IMG/VR virus record: IMGVR_UViG_3300028392_000030
Location: 96,001 to 160,000 of that record
Origin: a virus
Strand: one strand, 5' to 3'
Length of the DNA stretch: 64,000 bases
The translations under genes and the position numbers were made by a program. The notes below the pieces were generated by a model that saw only the letters and a program-made list of their open reading frames with translations, had not been told where the DNA came from and made no database searches. Positions 20,601-29,600 of the stretch are shown here, one piece after another. How positions within the stretch are numbered: the first letter of the stretch is position 1; each line of letters begins with the position of its first letter.

Positions 20601-23600
20601 AGTCAGTGATGGTGCTCAAGTATTCATAGCGGTCATACTTAATAGTCATGTTGAATTCGCGCACAAGCGGATTGCCCATGTTTGCTCGGGCTTGTGCCCC
20701 TATGCCAGTATCACTTACAAATGTTATCACAGGGTTTGTAGTATACCCAGAACCTTCATTGACGACATTGACTGCTATTACTTGTAATGAAGAATTAATA
20801 ACTGCCACTGCGGTAGCTGGTGTTCCAACATAGGCCAAAGTAGCTGTTCCGACCAGTTGACTACCTGTTGTAAATTCTGGCGGGATATCAGCAGAAGTTC
20901 CAGATATGGTCACTGAATATAAATTAGATCCGTAAAATACCTGTTGGCCCACGGTGTATGCTGTATCAGCTGTCCACTTGGTTCCAATCACCACTTCTGG
21001 TTCTGCAGCATAACCTGATCCGGTTGCAGTAACACTAACTGACATTAAACTCAACAAATAATTGTTAAACCATTCTTGCCAAGGTGTTGTTGCCCAAATT
21101 TCTGCATCCGCCGGAGTGTCTGCAATGTCGCTGGCCTTGCCAGTTCCTGTTGCAGTGCTCTTGGTATACGGTAATAAAATTGGACTGACAAACTGCGGTA
21201 TTTCCAGTGCAGTATCGTAATAAGATGGGTTGTCAAAGTCAGTAGCAAATCCCGGATAGTCATCTTGTCCTTTATACACTAGATTAAACTGTTTGACCTG
21301 CACATGGTATGGCTTGACTTCTTGCAAGTAATCAGACACAAAGTCTTGATTGTCTCGACGATAGGTCGGAAACGGCAACAATGATCTAATGTCGTGACGA
21401 ACATTAATAAAGCTGGTCTTCATTAGCCAATCTGGCGCTTGTTCTTCAGTCAATATAAATTTGAACATGAGAATCAACAGTTGATTCTTAAAGATGGCTA
21501 GATCATTTATAAACAATTCAGTGTTGATTGCTTGTATGATATTGCGTGTTTCTATTGCTGGTTCTTGGTCATAGTATTGAGCGTCATATACTTCTGCATC
21601 AAACCCATAACGTCCTGCAGCATAATCCCACAATGTGTTATCAAAAGCAATGGTACCGTCTTGTAGCCCAACACGCTCCCATCCGGTGGCGGTCTTAACA
21701 TAAATTTCCCATTTATTTTGTGCATTAGCTGTGACTTTGACACTGGCTCCTACAGACACATCAAGTGTTACAAGACTAGAATAATTTGGAACTTGAGCAA
21801 CCGGTACGGTCGATGAGTTATAACCTAGTTTGTACCAGTCAATGTAATTCCAGTAATTTTTTGTATTGAAATTCTGAATTCTAACCAACTGCGGAACTCT
21901 AGGTGCTGCCGAAGCATTGGATTCCAACACAACCTCATAAATTGTCCAAGCGCCATTGTAGGTGCTGTCCGACAAAATCAAATACTTGTATCCCAATGGA
22001 ACTTGATAGAAGTTTTGGTAACTCAACTGTTCAATATTGTCCAATACTTTGTTGTATTGTTCACTGCCAGCGGCTGGAATAGGTTCGCTAGAATTTAACA
22101 ATATAAATCTGCGTTGTTCGACAATGGGCAAATACTTTAGTATTTCGTTGGTTCTTGTCAAATAGTTTTCTAATGCCATTAAGCGATCAACAAACAAACT
22201 TTGACGAGGACTAAATGCTACCCCATACTGTTCAGGAGGACTCAAGAATGGATCTGGAACCTGTGCACCATTTTGATTGTATCCACAGAAACTGTCTTGT
22301 AACTTTTGATAAAGATTATCGGCAAGGAAACTGGTTGGATCACCATCAGCAATCAATTGGAATTCAGTATGAATATTGGCATCTGATAATTCTTGTGAAA
22401 AATCTACATGCAGGATAGTGTCAGAAGCCGAAAGATATTGCGACCCATTATAGATTGCCACTGTGCTGGCATCAAGCGCCGCAATATAAGGTATACCACT
22501 ACTGCGTGGCTCTTCGACGTATCTGGCAATACCAGTTGTGCTGAGAGTTTTCCCTTCGTTGACAGCAATGGTTGTGATTCCTGAAACCCAGAAATAATAA
22601 ACAGTTTCAAATGTGCCAGTGGCGTTTAAATGTGCTCTTACTGAATAGCTGGTAGTGTTTAATGGTTGACCTTCGCTGGCGTAACCAGCTGGCGGTGTTG
22701 AGCTAGCAACCCATTGATAAATGTCTACTGTGCTGCCAGGAAATAACTGTCCCCAGCGACGGCTAGCATACACAATATCATCTTGATTGGGATCAATAAA
22801 TCGTGCATTTGTTGTATCCCACCAAATTGTTCCCACACGTTCGGATCCCCAGAAGTTACCAATATTGTTGATTGGCCCAAAATTATATTGAGCTGGATTT
22901 ACTTGACTGATAAAATCAATATTTTGTCTAGCAACTCCTAATATTTTACCTTGCAACGGATCAATGAAATCAAAGAAATAAGTTTCTTGACTTTGTAACT
23001 TGTTATACATGTATACACTGTTCAACAACTCAACATCGACCACTGGTTGTTGTTGACGCAATATTTTCCAAGCAGGCAATCGATCTAAGTTAACAAATTG
23101 TCCAACCCGGCCGTAGTTGTCTGCGCCAGTTGGACTTCCTATCAGTAGTTTACCTGTGGTATAATTAACAGCTGAGCCCCATTGGTCTAGTGGGTCTGTC
23201 AAGTTATCGTATATTTGTTGGCCAAAGACAAAATTTCCAGGATTTGTCACTGAGTCAGTGGCACTGGGTAAGTAATCAAAAGTATATACTACACCACTTT
23301 CTACAATACCGTTAAAGAATGTAGTGCTACGGTCATCAAAATATGTAGTTCCGTTGTCAAAAATTACAGCTTCGTATAAATCACCACGTGGTGCACCAAC
23401 AACCAATGTCAATGCTGTTGTATCAATGTTTAATGCGGCACCAAAGTTTGCACTGGCAGTAGGATTTGGACTGGTTATAGTCTGGGTATAGGCGTACGAG
23501 TTAAATCCAAGATCAGCAAATGCTGTACCAGTAATACCTGGCCACACTGTTAATCTATTATAGGCGTCGGCGGCCGCAACATTAACTATGCTGATAGTCA

Positions 23601-26600
23601 ACAATCCATTAGACGCAGAGGCTGTAACATTGGGTATAGCCGCATCAATGATAGCTTGCGCCAAGCCTTCGACAGTATTGTCTGGACCGGCAGGAACTGC
23701 CACCGGCATATTATTGACACGTATAGTGTTGCCTGCGGTCAATGTAGGATTGCTATTAGTAGACGTTGTTGTTCCATAAACACGAGCCTGGTTAACATTT
23801 CGTTGCACCGAACCAGCTGCTACAAGAATTGTTCCGTCTACTGGGGCACCTGTATAGATACTACAATTGTTTGGGCAAACATCAACTGCGGTGCCAAATG
23901 CGGATTCGTCATACGGCGTATCAGGTACTATCTTTTGCACTTGAGTAAAGATATTGCTTTCAATTTCTAATATATCGCCTACATTCAACACCACATCTAA
24001 TACTACATCGCCACCGGTTACTGCAAATTGCCCATTGATATATTGAGCACTATTGGTCAAGTATACATTATTTAAAACTACTGCCACAGGATCTTGGTAG
24101 CCCGCTGGTAATGTATAGGTGAGTTGTGAGGTATCGCTTATGATGTAACGTGTTACGCTGCGATCAAATACATACACGGCTCCACAATGTGCAACAGGTG
24201 CAGATGAGTCGTTGTTGGCACCAATGATAATTTGACGACCATCTGTTGTGGTATGAATGCTAGAGCCAAATCTTGCGCTTGCAGGACCTTCAATGGCCGC
24301 CATTGGTTGCCAATAAGTTCCAGATATTATTTTAATTGCACTGTCAAGATCTGGAGCGGTTGCAAATGTTATTGGGCTATTGCCCGAGGTAGAGAATGTA
24401 TAATCAACATCTGGAACTTGTATCACGTCATTGACATACACAATAAAACTATAGATATTGTCAGCAGTGTATAGATACGGTCCTAGATCAAACACAGTTT
24501 CAACTCCGTCACCAACATAATCTTGTTGGACTTTACGAGTTACAAATAATTTTTCGTTAGCTGGCGGTATTCCTGCCAGGTTAATTACAGTGCCGCCTAC
24601 AGTATAATCGACACCAATGGTCAACAGATTGTTGTTTAGCACCACTGCTAACTGTAATTCGTTGTCAAATTCAATTATACCACCCACATTATAAACTTGG
24701 TAAACACCCGGAGTAATAAATTCTGCTTGTTGACGTGGTATTGTGATACGACCATATGGATATACTTTGTTTTGACCCGGAGCCGACACATACATCCATT
24801 GCTCGTCCTGACTTATGGTTACACTATATCCAAATTCAGCATTGCTAAAATCACCATCAGGCGAAGTTAATAATTGACGTTCTTCAAATGCTGTGCTGCC
24901 TGTGGCTCGATATATTGCCACAGCATAACCTTGATTACCATTGCTTGCACTGGCACCGACTACTGCCCAGTTTTGGTATCCTATCTGCATAGCATTACCG
25001 AAGCCGAGTGTGTCAGCAGCGCTCAATGATAAGATAGAATTTTCAGAATAGTTGTCGTTGACATCTTTAACATAGGTATAGATGGCACCGGTAGCATCGT
25101 CGCCTCCTGTTGGGGCTCCTATCATAGCAATAATATTTTGATATCCTTGTGCGACAGAGCTGCCATAACCTGAATTAACTACCGGAACTTTTGGTGTTAT
25201 TGCTCCAGCATCAGTAAAAGGGTCAGTCTTTTCTAAAACTTCCCAAAGTCCAGATCCGTTATTATCTACCCAAACTTTAGCACCCGGTACCAGTGCATCC
25301 GCATAAGGAAGCGTTATCACATCGCTGGCCTGACTTACACGCATGGTTTGCAGACTAAATCCTAGACCAGAACCAGTTACAGCATTTGTTATAGTTAATG
25401 CGATAGCTACTGACGTTAACCCTGGCAATGCCAGCACACGATATACACCATCAACTGTGGTGTCTAAGAATCTGATTATAACTATGTCACCTACCACCAA
25501 TCCAGGTGGGCGTGTAAATGTTACGATTGTGGTACCATTGAGGTTCGGCGTAGCAGAACTTATATACCCAGGTACTTCGGTGCATCTATAAACATTCCAA
25601 TCGTAGGCATTGCTTTTTGCTGCCCAGACTGTGGTCCCAATACCAATTGTGTTTAAAACGCCAGTGGCCAAGCCCAGTTGACCCTCAAGATCAAATACTG
25701 TTATATCTACATCTTGTAAATTTACATATCCTGCGCTGGGCAATGCAGAATCTGCCACTGGCATAACGGCAGTCGGAAAGATATCTGGACTGGTTACATT
25801 GTAGCTTTCTCTCCACAAGTCTGCATACAGTATAGTCTGATCAGCTATACTAGATTCTTGAGGAGCAATGATTTGCACCGTTCCTGGGTTTGCAGTCAAC
25901 AATGCTTCGTTGAGTCGCATCTCAACAAACCGACGGTTGGCATTGGCACCATATATACCACGCTGGATTCCCCAGTTTTCGTATATCTGATACTGTGCAG
26001 TTTCTTTGTTAAGATTAGCATTGGTCAACAAACGCACACTGTTGAGCGTGCCTTTGTCCTGAATCAACTGTTGATACAAGTTGACTTGACTTATATCGCC
26101 TAGGTTCAAATCAACCATATACTGACGTGGCCTGAATCCAATCAAGCCAAAGGCAAACAAATCTTGTTCAAGTTGTAGATTGGCTTGATTGACATCGTAA
26201 CTGTTGGCCAATTGGTTGGACAACAATGGAATATTTTGTAATAGGCCGCCTTGTATTTTGGTGTAATTGCTCTGCGACCAAAGAGATTGATTCCATTGGG
26301 CAGAAGGTTGCACAATGTCAAGGGCTTGCCAATAGTTATTTTTGTAAATAACAATTTCGCCTTTGGTGTATTTCTGCAAAGGTTGCCATTCTTTTACTGT
26401 TTGTGTATTGTTGTTTATAAATCCTTGTGCATCCAGCTGGCCGTTCCAGTCAGCAGCAACTGTTGCTATGACCGTGACACGACTTTGTCTTGCACCTGTG
26501 GCAGGATCATACAATAGATCACCAAACACACTGACATTGTCTAATATGACCAAGCTCTCGTAACTGGTTTGACGTAGCGCAATATAACTTATAGTTTGTT

Positions 26601-29600
26601 CATTTAAACTGTTTACTCTAAACGTGTTTTCATAACGATCTATCACCAACTGAGCTGTAGGAATTGTAGTTCTGTTTTGATCTAGAATTAAATTTTCTGG
26701 AGTTTGTGTAACAATCGAATCAACCACTGCTTCAGCGGTAACCAAGGTCAACTGTTGAGCTGTAGGATTTAAACTGATCACACTGCCGGTCATCCATCCT
26801 TGGTTAGCCCAATACAAGTATTCTTGAACCATTTGATTCCAGTCCAAGGTTTTACCGTTCTCTCTAGCATCAAACACTAGTCCTTGACTTTCTAATAAGG
26901 CTCCGTAGCTCAACAAGAAGTCAGCCACAACCGTTTGATTGGTAAACACATATCCATACGGCACCTGCACAATGTTTTGACTGTATGTAGTTGGCACCGT
27001 AACTCGAGTGCCACCAGCGGTAATAACCCGTGTTGGTCCTCCAGTACGACTGGCTAATATTTCAAAGTATGGGTTGGTTAAACTATACCCAGTAACTGAC
27101 CAGCCGCCCGCAACCACTTGAACAATAACAGCACTGTATAAAGTCTGACTGAATGGTTGGTTCTTGTATACCAATAGATTGTAACTGTTGTCTGGTATCA
27201 ATAGACTACTATTTGTGCTGTCAGGGCTGGCAGTTTCTGCGACAATCTCAAGATATTGTTTGTCTGTAAACGTGCCCATTCTGTAGCACAGTCTTACATC
27301 AAGCAAAGACAGATCTGCTGTTAGTTTGTCAGTGGAGTTTATGCCCAACTGACGGTTATAGTCAACAATCCAATCAATATAGCTGGCTTTACTGAGTCCG
27401 TTGCCGTATACCTCTACACCATTGGCATCTAGTCTATAACGTTGATTATATAAGAATTGTTCAAGATCTGCATCATACTTGTAAAGGTCTCTGTCAGCAA
27501 ATAAACTAAAGAATTTAGCAGGGCGTGTAAGTGCCAACAATCGCATGACCGCAAACGGAAATGCAGAACTGGTGCGCCAGCTGTATTCAACCGGGCCTTC
27601 ATCACCAAACACCCAGCTCTTTTGCCATTGACTTGAATCATATTGTCCTACTACACTGATAAACGGACTTAATAATTGGCCTTCACTGTCAACGGGAATT
27701 ACTTGGGCCAAGCCCGGGCGAGCATATTTAGGTCTGTAGTATGTGCCTGCAGGATCTGCGACTTTTCCAGCAGCTAGGTCATCCCATAACACCAAGTTGC
27801 CCGAGGTATAAGGAGCAGGACCATACACTTCAGTCCACCAGGTAGGCTCTTGACTGAAGCCTAGCATTTCCCATGGTGTGGCCTGTGGAGTTGGTGTGTC
27901 GTAGAAATATTGATAGATGCCACGCCAGGCGCCAACCGGCATAGGCGATTCGCTACTAGTAGTTGACCCTGTGAGCTTGTTGCCTGCGGCACTGTAATTC
28001 CATGTAAATTGATTTGCGGAATTGTAAGTTTGTTCTGAATAGGTCAGCTTATTCCAGCCCAGCCAGTTTAAAAAGCTAGGTGCTAGTATTTGATTAATTT
28101 CAGCAAGACTATATCCAGTAGATCTAAACTGTCCAGGAGTGACATCAGTTATGGTCAATGGTATTTCAGATTTAATTTTTAAGTTGTTGAAAATTCTAGT
28201 TTCAAACTCCAACAGCAGTTGATCTCTAAAATCACCAAATGCCAATGTTAAACTTCCGTCGTGTCCCTGAATTACCCAGGCGGGATTAACATAAGTTGTA
28301 TCATAATATATCTTGGGTTGGAACGCAGGATACAGTCCTAACTTGGTAGGAGTATTAGGAACGAATGTTCCATAGGTAGTGGCATATTCCTGAATAACAA
28401 TCACATCGCCTGCTGACAGTGGCACGGTTATAGTCAATGTAGGAGTGTCGGTGCTGACAACATAGTCATAGCCAGACTGTAAAAGAACATCATTGACATA
28501 GACCAATACACTCTGATAATTTGAACTGGTAAAGTTGTAGGTGGTATTAAGATTAAATGTCGGTGTTGAAATCTGTGAATAAGTTGTAGTGGTTGTAGTA
28601 TACACCGGATTAGCCGGCAACATATCTGTCCAATAGAACGGATTCGTTTGGGTGCGTCCAGCAACCAGCTGCGTAACAATAGCTGTCAACATTGCTGGAA
28701 CTGTATAATTTGTATAATCCGTAGTCACAGCCGCATTTAGCAATTGTGCTTTATACTGTTCATATTCTCTACTGCTGTAGGCCAATGAATCAAAAATATT
28801 ATATTGCTTTGACCTCATGAAATAACCAGCCAGGGTCATTGGCGAACTATTTTGTATAATGTTGGTGCCGTAAGGTATGATATTACCTAGGTCTCGAGTA
28901 TTATTATTTCCATTGATTGGGCCAACTAATCCCAACAAGTTTTCACAAATTGATTCGTAGTGTGTTCTTGCAGTGCCTACAGTAAAGTATGGACTATTAA
29001 CATTGAGTGGATTATTTTCAAGGTTAATAGGAACTTGATAGAATGCCACTTTGCTCGATTGATCACTCAGCACAAGAACTTCGACAACGTCGCCGGCGGC
29101 AAATACTGTGCCATTGTTGTATTTTGCGTCTACCCAGGTTATTGTGGTACTGTTGTCTGTTGTCGCTACTGAATATTTGTAGGATTCTTGGAATTCACTG
29201 CTTACATATAATTGAATGCCCGGAACTGTAGTATCTGGCAAAGCGGCAACATCGAGTTGCAACGGGCGCCCATCATAGCTAAACTGAAACTGCTGTCTTG
29301 CGCGACTTGGAACCGCTGCTGTTTGCCATCCTAATTCACGCTTATAAGCAAGTCGATCCAGATATTCTCGAACAAAACCCAAACTGATATTTTTAGTATA
29401 CCCTACACTATCTATAGTATAGTTAAAAGTGTCGGTATATAAGTTGTTGTCAAACACTATGTCGCCAATGTTTGATAGGCTTAGATACTTGATGGCAAAT
29501 CCCAATACAGGATCTTTGCCGTTGCTAGACGGAGCATAGGAAAATAACTTAGATCCTCTAAAATTGCTACTGGGATACACAACAGGATCAGAAAAACTTA